A stretch of 64,000 nucleotides of DNA from an uncultured Gammaproteobacteria bacterium (GCA_965231095.1 OZ246416.1:741595-805594); one strand, 5' to 3'. Numbered from the stretch's first letter, positions 20,844-30,534 are shown. Notes: a model not told the origin generated them from the letters alone. Numbers and translations: made by a program.

Positions 20844-20873
20844 TTGACAGTTTGGGGGACTTTGTTTTAAGAT
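20844..20873 (+). promoter_or_regulatory. sigma70-like promoter, TTGACA-17/18-TAAGAT
   Basis: TTGACA at 20844-20849. Divergent from the uvrC start. Confidence 0.4.
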
Positions 20874-20897
20874 AAATTTGCGAAGGGAGGGTGACGC

Positions 20898-21161
20898 ATG
20901 AAAATCGTCCTCATCAAGAGGAGCTGGCTAGGGGGATGGGTTCTTTCCCTCTACGACCTCGGTGCGAGCAAATACGTTGGAAACGAATTATTCATCCTGC
21001 CAGGGAACGATGATCTCGTCGCGAAGCAGCTCACGGCAGTTCTCGGCGAATTCGGTAAGGACGCCAGGGTTGTCGGCATCATGGATACTCTCAAGGAACT
21101 CTGTGCGAGATACGGCGTTGCCGTGAATCCGAAATGGAGAACTCACCGTGTTCCGAAGTAG
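20898..21161 (+). CDS. GC-rich small hypothetical protein (87 aa)
   Basis: SD GGGAGGG is 6 nt upstream of the ATG. Composition unlike flanking uvrC/uvrA. Confidence 0.45.
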   Translation: MKIVLIKRSWLGGWVLSLYDLGASKYVGNELFILPGNDDLVAKQLTAVLGEFGKDARVVGIMDTLKELCARYGVAVNPKWRTHRVPK

Positions 21162-21197
21162 GGGGGCGGTACAAACGGTTACAAGAAATTGTGGCCG

Positions 21198-23858
21198 TTA
21201 TTTTTTACTCAAAATTTTTTTCAGATATTGTCCGGTGTATGATTTTGGATTTTTTGCCAAATCTTCCGGAGTGCCGGTCGCGAGCAATTGTCCGCCCGCG
21301 TCGCCGCCGTCGGGTCCGAGGTCAATAACCCAATCCGCTGTTTTTATAAAATCCAAATTATGTTCAATTACAACAACGGTGTTTCCCAGGCTGACTAAGC
21401 GATGTAGTACTTCCAATAATTTTTCCACGTCGGCATAGTGCAGGCCAACTGTCGGTTCATCCAAGATATAAATCGTCCGGCCGGTGGAACGGCGGGCAAG
21501 CTCAGCCCCGAGTTTTATTCTTTGCGCCTCGCCGCCCGATAGTGTTGTCGCCGCCTGTCCGAGCGTTAGATATTGTAAACCGACTTCGCGAAGAATTTTC
21601 AGCCGATCATAAACCGGAGGAATATTTTTGAAAAATCCTTCGGCCTCTTCGATCGTCATCTGTAAAATTTCGTGAATATTTTTTTCTTTGTATTTTATGG
21701 CCAACGTCTCCCGGTCAAAACGGGTGCCGTTGCAGACCGGACAGGTGACGTAAACCGCTGGCAAAAAATGCATTTCAATTTTAATCAAGCCGGCGCCTTC
21801 GCAATTTTCACAACGTCCGCCGGGCACATTAAAACTGAAACGCCCCGGTTGATAGCCTCTGGCGCGGGCTTCGGGCAGGGCGGTAAAAAGTTCGCGGATG
21901 TGAGTCCAAGCGCCGGTGTAGGTGACCGGGTTTGAGCGCGGAGTGCGGCCGATTGGTGATTGGTCAATGACAATAACTTTATCCAAATAATCCAGCCCTT
22001 CAATCCGAGCATGTTTTCCCATTTGCCAGCCGGTGTGGTTGAGTTTATTGGAGAGGCCCCTATACAATATATCATTTATAAGCGTACTTTTTCCCGAGCC
22101 GGAAACGCCGGTCACACAAACAAAACGTTTCAGCGGAATTTTAACATCAATATTTTTTAAATTATTTTCCGTGGCGCCGACGATTTTAATTTGCCCCGAA
22201 GAAAAATATTTTTTTTCCGCATCAACATGGCGGCGTTTTTCGGGAATTTTAATTTCTTTATCTCCGCGCAAATAAGCCGCGGTCAGAGATTTTTTATCTT
22301 GCAGGACATCGGGCATAGGACCGGCCGCGACAATTTCTCCGCCGTGTACGCCGGCGCCCGGGCCGAGATCAACCAAATAATCAGCCATCCAAATTGTTTC
22401 CGGATCGTGTTCAACAACAATCACCGTGTTTCCGATATCGCGTAAATTTGCGAGCGTCGCCAATAATTTTTCATTATCTTTGGGATGAAGACCAATTGTC
22501 GGTTCGTCTAAAATGTAGAGCGCGCCGACCAGCCGCGAGCCAACCTGCGATGCCAGACGAATGCGTTGCGCTTCGCCGCCGGAAAGGGTGCCGGCCGTGC
22601 GGCCCAGAGTTAAATATCCCAAGCCGACGTTTAGCATAAATTCCAATCGGTTCATAATTTCTTTTAAAACGGTTTCCGCGATTTCTAAATCCGTTTCACC
22701 TAATTTTTGTAGAGTTACTCCATTTTTTTCTTTGCCAGATAACGCGGCAAAAAAAGTGCGCGCTTCTTCAATCGACATTTTTGTCACCTCTACAATATTT
22801 TTTTTGCCGACTAAAACAAATAAACTTTCTCTCCGAAGGCGCACTCCGCCGCAATCAGGACAAACTTTTTCAGAAAATAAAGATTCGGTGCCAAGGCCAT
22901 GACAAGTCGGACAGGCGCCGTAAGGACTATTGAAAGAAAAAAGGCGCGGTTCAATTTCCGGAAAAGAAAATCCGTCGTCCGGGCAAGAATATTTTGCCGA
23001 CATTATCATTTCTTCGCCATTATCCAAAATAGTCGTCACCACTCCCTGGCCGTATTTTAGCGCGCTCTCCACCGCTTCGGCTAAACGCGCCCGCAAGCCC
23101 TTATTATTTTCAAGCGGCCAGCCGAGCGTCACGCGGTCCACGACCAAATCAATGTTGTGTTGTTTGTAGCGAGCCAGAACAATTTTATTTTTTAAATCTC
23201 TGAATTTTCCGTTGACGCGCACTTCGGAAAAACCGTCGTTGTATAAATCATAAAGTAATTGATAATATTCTCCTTTTCGTCCGCGGACAACCGGGGCGAG
23301 AATGGTGATCGTGTCATTCTGAGTGACCGCAGGGAGCGAAGAATCTCCCGCGAATGCGGGTTTCCGGGACAAGCCCGGAGATCCTTCGCTACGCTCAGGA
23401 TGACGAGACGCGTCATGAATTTCCGTAGTTTTTTTCAAAATCAAATCAACCATTTCTTCGGCCGTCATTTTTTTAATTTCTTTTCCGCAGATTGGACAAT
23501 GTGGCTTGCCAACGCGCGCGAAAAGAACGCGAAGATAATCATAAATTTCCGTGATGGTCGCGACCGTGGAGCGGGGATTGGCGCTGTGGGCTTTTTGGTC
23601 AATGGAAATCGCCGGCGAGAGTCCTTCAATTTCGTCAACGTCGGGTTTGTCCATTTGTCCTAAAAATTGCCGGGCGTAGGCCGATAGTGATTCAACATAG
23701 CGCCGCTGGCCTTCGGCAAAAATCGTATCAAAAGCCAAGGAAGATTTTCCCGAACCGGAAAGTCCGGTAAAAACCGTCATTTTATTTCGCGGAATTTCCA
23801 GAGATACATTTTTTAAATTATGTTCTCGAGCTCCTTTAATTATAATTTTATCTTGCAT
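21198..23858 (-). CDS. uvrA: excinuclease ABC subunit A, with in-frame insertion of a GC-rich palindromic element
   Basis: Two ABC ATPase modules ([36 protein letters not shown] x2) and Zn-finger Cys pairs. Confidence 0.93.
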   Translation of the reverse strand: MQDKIIIKGAREHNLKNVSLEIPRNKMTVFTGLSGSGKSSLAFDTIFAEGQRRYVESLSAYARQFLGQMDKPDVDEIEGLSPAISIDQKAHSANPRSTVATITEIYDYLRVLFARVGKPHCPICGKEIKKMTAEEMVDLILKKTTEIHDASRHPERSEGSPGLSRKPAFAGDSSLPAVTQNDTITILAPVVRGRKGEYYQLLYDLYNDGFSEVRVNGKFRDLKNKIVLARYKQHNIDLVVDRVTLGWPLENNKGLRARLAEAVESALKYGQGVVTTILDNGEEMIMSAKYSCPDDGFSFPEIEPRLFSFNSPYGACPTCHGLGTESLFSEKVCPDCGGVRLRRESLFVLVGKKNIVEVTKMSIEEARTFFAALSGKEKNGVTLQKLGETDLEIAETVLKEIMNRLEFMLNVGLGYLTLGRTAGTLSGGEAQRIRLASQVGSRLVGALYILDEPTIGLHPKDNEKLLATLANLRDIGNTVIVVEHDPETIWMADYLVDLGPGAGVHGGEIVAAGPMPDVLQDKKSLTAAYLRGDKEIKIPEKRRHVDAEKKYFSSGQIKIVGATENNLKNIDVKIPLKRFVCVTGVSGSGKSTLINDILYRGLSNKLNHTGWQMGKHARIEGLDYLDKVIVIDQSPIGRTPRSNPVTYTGAWTHIRELFTALPEARARGYQPGRFSFNVPGGRCENCEGAGLIKIEMHFLPAVYVTCPVCNGTRFDRETLAIKYKEKNIHEILQMTIEEAEGFFKNIPPVYDRLKILREVGLQYLTLGQAATTLSGGEAQRIKLGAELARRSTGRTIYILDEPTVGLHYADVEKLLEVLHRLVSLGNTVVVIEHNLDFIKTADWVIDLGPDGGDAGGQLLATGTPEDLAKNPKSYTGQYLKKILSKK
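23313..23404. repeat. GTCATT...AATGAC palindromic element, in-frame inside uvrA
   Basis: gtcattctgag...gcgaagaatctcc-cgcgaatgcggg-...ggagatccttcgc...ctcaggatgac. Same architecture as the copies at 42438, 44314, 62361 and 63036. Confidence 0.5.
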
Positions 23859-23863
23859 AATAT

Positions 23864-23892
23864 TGACTTATTTTAATATATTTGTAATAATT
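23864..23892 (+). promoter_or_regulatory. promoter-like TTGACT-16-TAATAA driving the GC-rich insert 23920-24180
   Basis: TTGACTtattttaatatatttgTAATAAT. Downstream is the mini-ORF ATG at 23959 with SD GAAGGAGG. Confidence 0.3.
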
Positions 23893-24179
23893 TATTTTGT
23901 ACGGTTTTGGTTTGCCGTTTGGCGGACCACCGTCCGAGGAAGAAGGAGGTGGGAAGGGAATGAATCACGAGTTCGTGCGCGTTCGTTCGCAGGGTCCGCC
24001 GGGTCGTTCGTCCTGATCCCTCAACGCCGAATTGGGAGGAGGTGACAGGTCGAGGGTACCCTTGACACGGGACGGAGGTCGTCGGTTTAGCGGCTTAAGT
24101 GTCGCCGCAGAAATGTGAATCGGCGAAAGCTCCGGCAGCCCTCAAATCTTCTTTTTCCCACCCAGTCCCCGGGACGCGT

Positions 24180-26186
24180 TCACTCGCGTTTCGGGGCTTT
24201 TTTTAATACTTTTATTTCATCTCGTAGCAGTGCAGCTAATTCAAACTCTAGATTCTGCGCCGCGGCCCTCATTTGCTTTTCTTTTTCTTTGATTATTTCT
24301 TCAAGATTTTTTCCTTTTTGGGCGGCGAGATCCAGATCCAAAATACTTTTAACTTTTTCTGTTTTAGTTTCCTCGCCAATAATGTCTTTAATTTTCTTTT
24401 CAATCGTGCGCGGCGTAATGCCGTGTTTTTTGTTATAGGCAATTTGCGTTTTTCGCCGGCGAAAAGTTTCTTTAATCGCTCGTTCCATGGAGCCGGTCAT
24501 TTGGTCCGCATAAAGAATAACCTGCCCGCGAACATTGCGGGCTGCTCGGCCGATTGTCTGGATGAGTGAAGTTTCACTTCGTAAAAATCCTTCTTTGTCC
24601 GCGTCCAAAATGGCGACGAGCGTCACTTCCGGCAAATCAAGCCCTTCGCGCAATAAATTAACGCCAACCAAAATATCAAATTTTCCTCGGCGAAATTCGG
24701 TCAGAATTTTTATCCGATCTAAAGTTTCCACTTCGCTGTGAATATATTTTACTTTAATTTTTTTCTCCGTTAGATAATCGGTTAAATCCTCGGCCATTTT
24801 TTTGGTTAAAGTTGTGACCATCACCCGTTCATTACGCCCGACGCGCTCGATAATTCTGTCCATTAAATCATCAACTTGGGATTTTTCGCCGGGATTTCTT
24901 GGCGTGATCGGTTTAACAATAATTTCCGGATCAATCAGGCCGGTTGGGCGAATAATTTGCTCAACAATTTGCGAACTTTTTTCCAGTTCATAATTGGCCG
25001 GCGTGGCAGAAGTATAAATTGTCTGCGGTATCCGCGTTTCAAATTCCCCGAATTTTAACGGCCGGTTGTCGGCGGCGGAAGGCAGACGAAAACCGAATTC
25101 AACCAAGGCGCGCTTTCGTGAAGCGTCGCCTTCATACATTCCGGAAAGTTGCGGCACGGTGACGTGGGATTCGTCAATTACCATTAACCAATTTTTATCT
25201 TTTCCAAAGTAATCGAGCAAGGTTTCCGGCGGTTCGCCCGCCTCGCGGCCCGACAGGTGCCGTGAATAATTTTCAATCCCGTGGCAATAGCCGACTTCTT
25301 TTATCATTTCCAAATCGTAATTTGTTCGGCGCTCTAATCTTTCCGCCTCAAGCAATTTTCCGTTTTTATTAAAATATTCCAAACGGTCTTTTAATTCTGC
25401 CTGGATAGTTTTAAACGCCCGTTCACGTTCCGGGCCAAGCGTCACGAAGTGTTTTGCCGGAAAAATCCAGACATCGGCCGGCTCATCTTTTATTTTTCGC
25501 GTCACCGGATCAATCGCAAAGATTTTATTTATTTTTTGCGCGCTTGATTCCACTCGATAAATAATTTCTTGGTTCACCGGCATGATTTCTAAAGTTTCCC
25601 CGCGCAAACGAAATTCGCCGCGTTTCAAATCAGAATTTGTCCGATTAAATTGCATGGTGATTAATTGGCTTAACAAATCCGTGCGGGTAATAGTTTGGCT
25701 AGTACTCAAATGTAAAACAATTTTTTCATAAGTTTCCGGTGCGCCCAAACCATAAATGCAAGAAACTGAAGCAACAATAATCACGTCGCGGCGAGTGAGC
25801 AAGGCCTGGGTCGCGGCGTGGCGGAGGCGGTCAATTTCGTCGTTGATCATTGACTCCTTTTCAATATAAGTATCGGTTCGCGGCAAGTAGGCTTCGGGTT
25901 GATAATAATCGTAATAAGAGACAAAATATTCCACGGCATTATCCGGGAAAAATTCGCGGAACTCATTGCAGAGTTGGGCCGCCAAAGTTTTGTTGTGGGC
26001 GATGACGAGGGTGGGTTTGTTAATTTTCGCGATAACATTGGCTACAGTAAAAGTTTTGCCCGAACCGGTCACACCAAGCAACGTTTGGTGGCCGTAGTTT
26101 TTTTTCAAACCATTAACAAGTTTGGTGATGGCTTCTGGTTGATCACCCGATGGTTTGAATTTGGATTTTAATTTGAATTTGTTCAT
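24180..26186 (-). CDS. uvrB: excinuclease ABC subunit B
   Basis: [21 protein letters not shown]-terminus, [10 protein letters not shown] Walker A, helicase motifs, and C-terminal UVR domain. Start chosen at 26186. Confidence 0.93.
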   Translation of the reverse strand: MNKFKLKSKFKPSGDQPEAITKLVNGLKKNYGHQTLLGVTGSGKTFTVANVIAKINKPTLVIAHNKTLAAQLCNEFREFFPDNAVEYFVSYYDYYQPEAYLPRTDTYIEKESMINDEIDRLRHAATQALLTRRDVIIVASVSCIYGLGAPETYEKIVLHLSTSQTITRTDLLSQLITMQFNRTNSDLKRGEFRLRGETLEIMPVNQEIIYRVESSAQKINKIFAIDPVTRKIKDEPADVWIFPAKHFVTLGPERERAFKTIQAELKDRLEYFNKNGKLLEAERLERRTNYDLEMIKEVGYCHGIENYSRHLSGREAGEPPETLLDYFGKDKNWLMVIDESHVTVPQLSGMYEGDASRKRALVEFGFRLPSAADNRPLKFGEFETRIPQTIYTSATPANYELEKSSQIVEQIIRPTGLIDPEIIVKPITPRNPGEKSQVDDLMDRIIERVGRNERVMVTTLTKKMAEDLTDYLTEKKIKVKYIHSEVETLDRIKILTEFRRGKFDILVGVNLLREGLDLPEVTLVAILDADKEGFLRSETSLIQTIGRAARNVRGQVILYADQMTGSMERAIKETFRRRKTQIAYNKKHGITPRTIEKKIKDIIGEETKTEKVKSILDLDLAAQKGKNLEEIIKEKEKQMRAAAQNLEFELAALLRDEIKVLKKAPKRE

Positions 26187-26316
26187 ATACGCAAAAAATT
26201 CCCCAAGATTCCTCCTCACTAGGGAGGAGCGGGGCATGTTTGTAAAGAAACAGAAATCTTTCCGTTCTTATTGTAAACGTATAGTAACACGAAAAATTTT
26301 GTTTGTCAACAGCGAC

Positions 26317-26345
26317 TTGACAAATTAGATTTTGTGGCTTAAAAT
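26317..26345 (+). promoter_or_regulatory. sigma70-like promoter, TTGACA-17-TAAAAT, with ttgtcaa/ttgacaa inverted repeat over -35
   Basis: gtttgtcaacagcgacTTGACAaattagattttgtggctTAAAAT. Confidence 0.5.
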
Positions 26346-26379
26346 ATAAAATCACGGATAATAAGGGGAGGAAAGGAGG

Positions 26380-27156
26380 ATGGCCGTGAGTGAGGAAAAT
26401 GGAAAAGAAAAGGGGTCCGACTCGGAAGAGCAGTCGCCTTCGGGCGAAGAGACGTTGAACGGAGCGACTGGGCGCTATGACCTGCCCGGCGAAGGTTCAG
26501 AAGGCGAGCTTCTCGCGAGGAAGGTTAGGGAGGCCTCGATCAAGAAGTTCGAGGTCGGGGAGCACCTCTTCCACGCGGGACAGCCGGCTACTTGCTTCTG
26601 GATGATCAGGTCGGGTAGGGTCGCTCAGTACAAGGGCGAAACCCGAATCAGTGAAATGGGCCCGAATCGTTTTCTCGGGATGAGGACCTTCATGCTCGGC
26701 GGGAAGTTTGAGACGACAGCTCAGGTCATAGAGCCGAGCAAGATCATTGAGCTCGGCCAGGCATTCCTCGAGGATTTTCTCAAGTTGCCGACCGCGGTAC
26801 TGGCATTTCTTAAGGAACAGGAGCTGGAGCTCTTCCGTCTCACAGAGGCCGGCCGACGGTGCGACATCTTCCTTGTTGCTGCTCGAGAGGAGAACACTCG
26901 ACTCAAAGAGCAGCTGAAGCGGGGAGTGAAAGCCACTGCGGGGAATGGCGCTGTTGGCGAATTGACTCTGCAAGAAGTGAAAGCTAAGGTCAATGCAGCG
27001 TCAAAGGCTCTGGATGATCTGGCTAAGAGTGGATCCGTCCCCTGGAAAGTTTTGCAGAAGGAGGAAAGCTTCCTGCTGCTTTACCTTGCCATCAAGGATG
27101 CGGCGGAGAAGCTTGGGGGAATTGACCTTTCCAGCCGTGCCAGTCGTCACGAGTAG
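26380..27156 (+). CDS. GC-rich stand-alone cyclic-nucleotide-binding (CAP effector domain) protein, no HTH
   Basis: cNMP-binding fold signature FEVGEHLFHAGQPATCFWMIRSGRV...GPNRFLGMRTFMLGG. Acidic N-terminus and coiled-coil C-terminus. SD GGAAAGGAGG. Confidence 0.6.
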   Translation: MAVSEENGKEKGSDSEEQSPSGEETLNGATGRYDLPGEGSEGELLARKVREASIKKFEVGEHLFHAGQPATCFWMIRSGRVAQYKGETRISEMGPNRFLGMRTFMLGGKFETTAQVIEPSKIIELGQAFLEDFLKLPTAVLAFLKEQELELFRLTEAGRRCDIFLVAAREENTRLKEQLKRGVKATAGNGAVGELTLQEVKAKVNAASKALDDLAKSGSVPWKVLQKEESFLLLYLAIKDAAEKLGGIDLSSRASRHE

Positions 27157-27172
27157 GAGGATCTCGCCGGTT

Positions 27173-27207
27173 GTGTGAAAACGCAGCCGGCTTTTTTTAT
27201 TTTGCAA
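27173..27207 (+). terminator. intrinsic terminator
   Basis: gccggttgtgtgaaaacgcagccggc plus TTTTTTTATTTT. Confidence 0.5.
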
Positions 27208-27214
27208 AAACGCA

Positions 27215-27256
27215 GAAATTTTTCATAAAAAAATCCCACACCAAGTTGTGATGTGG
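27215..27256 (-). terminator. intrinsic terminator for the convergent gene
   Basis: cccacatcacaacttggtgtggg hairpin followed (minus strand) by TTTTTTTAT. Confidence 0.45.
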
Positions 27257-27298
27257 GTTGCCGAGATTTTTGGTCTCGGCAAAGAGGAGGACGTCCGG

Positions 27299-28057
27299 TC
27301 ACGGCTCGGGCGGAGGGCAGCCGGTTATCGGACACTTGGCTGCGGTCCACTCGCCGAGGTCATCGCCGGTTGATTCGCTGACGACTCGGCCGACGACGTG
27401 TTCGTGATCCGCGAACTCGCCGGTGTAGCGGTAGTCGCCGGAAGTGAATTCAATTTGCCGGCCGTTGATTTCCGGCTCAAAAGAAGCGGCGAGGAGTTTT
27501 CGTCCGTTTTGGGAAACGTGGAGTTCGAACGCGAAGGGGAAAGTCGCCCCTTGAATTATCCAGTTTCCTTCGGCATTTATCACCGCTCGGATGGTGCGCG
27601 GAGCGCTGCAGACTTCGGGGACGCACGGCGCGCATCCGCTTCCGCCGAGGTAGTTTCTGCAGTCGTTTGTGGCGCAAACTCGGATTGTTGTTTCCGGTTC
27701 GCCCTCGCCGCCGGAATCCAAAATGTCAACCAGAGTGGAAATGATGGCCGAAGCGTCGCGGTAGGTTTCGGGGTCAGCGTCAATAGTCGCAAGATGGACA
27801 AGTTCCGAATCAACAATTTGCCACTCCACTCTCTTGAACGTGTCCATGCCCCGCCCGTTGATGACGCGGGCGAGAAGCTTGTAGTCGTCGGTGTTAGTTT
27901 CATCTCCGACCGGAACAGCCGACGCGCCATCTTCACTGCTGCCCGAAACTGCCACGGCTGTCGCGATATAGAATTCTCCGGGACAGAGTTCCATGTAGGT
28001 TTCCCGGCAGCCGAAGAAAACCGCGGAAAGAACCACGAACGTAATTTTTGTCTTCAT
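27299..28057 (-). CDS. GC-rich Cys-rich secreted lipoprotein, unknown function
   Basis: Signal peptide MKTKITFVVLSAVFFGC. Cys cluster CATNDCRNYLGGSGCAPCVPEVC. SD AAAGGAGGAAG. Confidence 0.55.
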   Translation of the reverse strand: MKTKITFVVLSAVFFGCRETYMELCPGEFYIATAVAVSGSSEDGASAVPVGDETNTDDYKLLARVINGRGMDTFKRVEWQIVDSELVHLATIDADPETYRDASAIISTLVDILDSGGEGEPETTIRVCATNDCRNYLGGSGCAPCVPEVCSAPRTIRAVINAEGNWIIQGATFPFAFELHVSQNGRKLLAASFEPEINGRQIEFTSGDYRYTGEFADHEHVVGRVVSESTGDDLGEWTAAKCPITGCPPPEP

Positions 28058-28128
28058 GAGCTTCCTCCTTTGCTCATTTTTATTTTAACAAAATTGTAAT
28101 AAAATTAAAATATTTATGATAATAAAAA

Positions 28129-28180
28129 AACGGAAGGCCTGCGCGACGTCTGTGACGCCCTGCAAACCTTCCGGTTGGTC
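28129..28180 (-). terminator. intrinsic terminator immediately upstream of 27299-28057 gene (attenuator-like)
   Basis: Minus strand: cggaaggtttgcagggcgtcacagacgtcgcgcaggccttccg plus TTTTTTTATTAT. Confidence 0.45.
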
Positions 28181-28840
28181 TCTTGGGAGTTATCCTTTGT
28201 TTTCGGATCTCACCCGTGAGACCGTGGTCGAGCGACTGTGCCCAACCTGTTCGGGAATTTAATCCCTACTTTTGTGCCCGTTTTGCCCGTCGGGCGGCGG
28301 GGCGCGATTTTTTAAACCGGAATGACTGGACACTTTTGCCAGCCCGCGGTCTTAACGAGGTAATCGCTACTTTGCGCGGCAGTCGCTGCTTTGCGCAAGG
28401 AGCGCCGTACTTGCGACCTCGTCGCGCTACCCCGACTGGTAAATTCCGCTTGGGGCGCATTCCATTTTGTCCCCAAACTCTGGTTTCCCGTCCACCAGGG
28501 ATCAGACAATTTCATTGCTGTTGCCGCGCCGTCTGCCGGGGCGCTTTAGTTCAGCTTGAGCCGCAACGCCCAGCTCTGCCAGGCTCGCATCACACTCCCT
28601 TTCCATGCCAGATTTACTGGAGAAGGCGAAGAGGTGGAGTCGCCAATTTACCAAAAGACGACGACCCCGATCGTTGACCCGCGGTTGCAGGCCAGCCAAG
28701 TCAATGGGCAGACCAATTTGTGTTTGCCGCGCCAGTCTGCCGTGGCGCTTTACTAATTCATTCCCGTGCCCTATTCCTCCTTCCACAAAGAAAAATAATT
28801 ATTTATTCAGCTTTATGGAAAGAGGCATTTGCGCAAAGAA
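28181..28840 (-). ncRNA. candidate large GC-rich structured RNA or leader (about 650 nt)
   Basis: Bounded by a minus-strand TTGACA-17-TATTAT promoter (28875-28847) and the terminator at 28180-28129. No convincing ORF. Two roughly 50-nt internal direct repeats (28516-28560 and 28722-28760). Confidence 0.25.
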
Positions 28841-28846
28841 TTTTTA

Positions 28847-28875
28847 ATAATATCATGGCCTTTATTTTTTGTCAA
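28847..28875 (-). promoter_or_regulatory. sigma70-like promoter on minus strand, TTGACA-17-TATTAT
   Basis: Minus strand reads TTGACAaaaaataaaggccatgaTATTAT. Confidence 0.4.
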
Positions 28876-29174
28876 GAGTTTCTATAAAACAAAAAAGGCC
28901 GCTTAGCCCCTCTTGTTAATTCTCCTAAAATTAGCAACAGCAACAAGAACATCCTTTTAATCTTTTGGTGTGTTTGCGTAATTCTTTGCCCTTTTTAGTA
29001 TTTTTTAAAGCCTGCTTTGTTCTGGCTTTCGCCGCGCTGTTTTGTCCCATATGTTTTGGATTAGTTATTTAATAAATTTATTTTGCCATATTTTTAGCGA
29101 GTGGTCAACTTCATTGATTTTTAATGATAAATATTGTATGATTAAATACGCATTAAGTCCTAACTTTAAAAGTT

Positions 29175-29945
29175 ATGTGGAACACTTTAATTACAATCGG
29201 CGTTATCGTTCTCGCGATTCTTTTGGCTTCCATCCGCCAAATCAACCAGTATCAGCGGGGCGTAAAATTCACGATGGGTCGATATACCGGAGTCATGGCG
29301 CCGGGCTGGCGTCTAGTGATTCCCGTTTTTCAAACCGCCAGAAAAGTTGATATGAGAATCAAGGCGGTTGACGTTCCGGATCAGGAAGCGATTACCAAAG
29401 ATAATATTTCCGTCCGCGTGAACGCCGTGATTTATTACAAAGTCCGCGACGCGAATCAAGTGATTATTGAAGTGGAAGATTTTGGTTATGCCACTTCGCA
29501 ACTTGCTCAAACGACGATGAGAAATGTGGTCGGCGAAGTGAATCTTGATGAATTACTTTCCAGCCGCGAAGCCATCGCGGAAAAAATTAGAGAAATCGTG
29601 GACAAGGCCACTGATGCCTGGGGGATTGAAGTTCATTCGGTGGAATTGAAAGATGTGACTTTGCCGGAAGAAATGAAACGAGTCATTGGCAAACAAGCCG
29701 AGGCGGAACGGGAAAAGAGATCGGTAATTATTAAAGCCGAAGGTGAAGTTATCGCCGCGGAAAATTTAGCCAAAGCGGCGCAGACTTTAGCCGCGTCTGA
29801 CGGGGCGCTGCATCTTCGCACTTTGAGCACGATTAATGATGTAAGTTCGGACCAATCAAATACAATTGTTTTTGCTATTCCGCTTGAAGTTTTGCGGGCG
29901 TTTGAAAGAATGGGGAGAAAAGATAAAGAAAAAGAGCAGGCGTAA
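29175..29945 (+). CDS. SPFH/band 7 family membrane protein (stomatin-like)
   Basis: N-terminal TM, then the SPFH domain (QYQRGVKFTMGRY...ISVRVNAVIYYKV). Confidence 0.85.
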   Translation: MWNTLITIGVIVLAILLASIRQINQYQRGVKFTMGRYTGVMAPGWRLVIPVFQTARKVDMRIKAVDVPDQEAITKDNISVRVNAVIYYKVRDANQVIIEVEDFGYATSQLAQTTMRNVVGEVNLDELLSSREAIAEKIREIVDKATDAWGIEVHSVELKDVTLPEEMKRVIGKQAEAEREKRSVIIKAEGEVIAAENLAKAAQTLAASDGALHLRTLSTINDVSSDQSNTIVFAIPLEVLRAFERMGRKDKEKEQA

Positions 29946-29998
29946 AAATATATTAAAAAACGTCCTGGGAAATCCGGGGCGTTTTTATTTTTATAAAT

Positions 29999-30415
29999 TT
30001 ATTTTATTCCGTGTTCATTAAAAAATTCCGTGTAGTGTTTATCCATTAAAGTGACGTGCCCCAAGAGCCAATCCACGGCAAAATCGGAAAGTTCGCGACC
30101 GATTTTTTTTACGTCCGCGTTCGGACTTTGTGCTTTGGCTAAAAATTCTTTTATTTTTTCACGGTAGCGGTTGTGCTCGGCAATATGAAGTTCGCTTCCC
30201 GGAAATTTGTATTCTTCAAAATAAGTTTCTTCGGAAGAGAAGTGTAGTGAGGCGTAGTTGCTAAACTCAATTAGGCTCATTAATATTTTTTCTTGGCTGA
30301 TCTCGTCTTGCATGGAGAAGGCGTCAATTTGGTTTGCAAGATCAATATAACGTTTGTGTTGGTCATCAAAAACTTTTACGCCAACGCTGTAATTTTCGTT
30401 CCAAGTGAAAGGCAT
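29999..30415 (-). CDS. hemerythrin-like metal-binding protein (bacteriohemerythrin)
   Basis: MPFTWNENYSVGVKVFDDQHKRYIDL... with H/E iron ligands at hemerythrin spacing. Confidence 0.8.
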   Translation of the reverse strand: MPFTWNENYSVGVKVFDDQHKRYIDLANQIDAFSMQDEISQEKILMSLIEFSNYASLHFSSEETYFEEYKFPGSELHIAEHNRYREKIKEFLAKAQSPNADVKKIGRELSDFAVDWLLGHVTLMDKHYTEFFNEHGIK

Positions 30416-30534
30416 AGTATTTTTTAAAATTAATTTTTAAGTATATTTATATTACAACAAAAAATATTTTTGGGCAAGATAAAAAATCTCCCACAAGAGT
30501 GTTCTCGTGGGAGTAGCGGTGCGTATCGGGCGCA

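Noticed and set aside
26497-26993. Minus-strand ORFs of 158 and 90 aa inside the cNMP-binding gene
   Set aside because: Same GC-rich antisense artefact. The plus-strand frame carries the recognisable domain and a strong SD.
28183-28786. ORFs 28183..28677(+), 28266..28460(-), 28312..28515(-) and 28502..28786(-)
   Set aside because: They are mutually overlapping frames in GC-rich DNA. None has an SD at a plausible start, and 28502..28786 would begin at a GTG with no RBS. The translations are Arg/Pro/Gly-rich. The region is better explained as noncoding RNA.
28130-28880. RNase P RNA, tmRNA or SRP RNA identity for the GC-rich noncoding regions (also 50111-50432 and 57700-57836)
   Set aside because: The conserved landmarks were not found by eye. 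There is no GGAAAGUCCGG P4 motif, no tRNA-like T-arm with CCA end and tag ORF, and no SRP domain IV GGAA/AGCAGC motif. The class is left open pending a covariance-model search.
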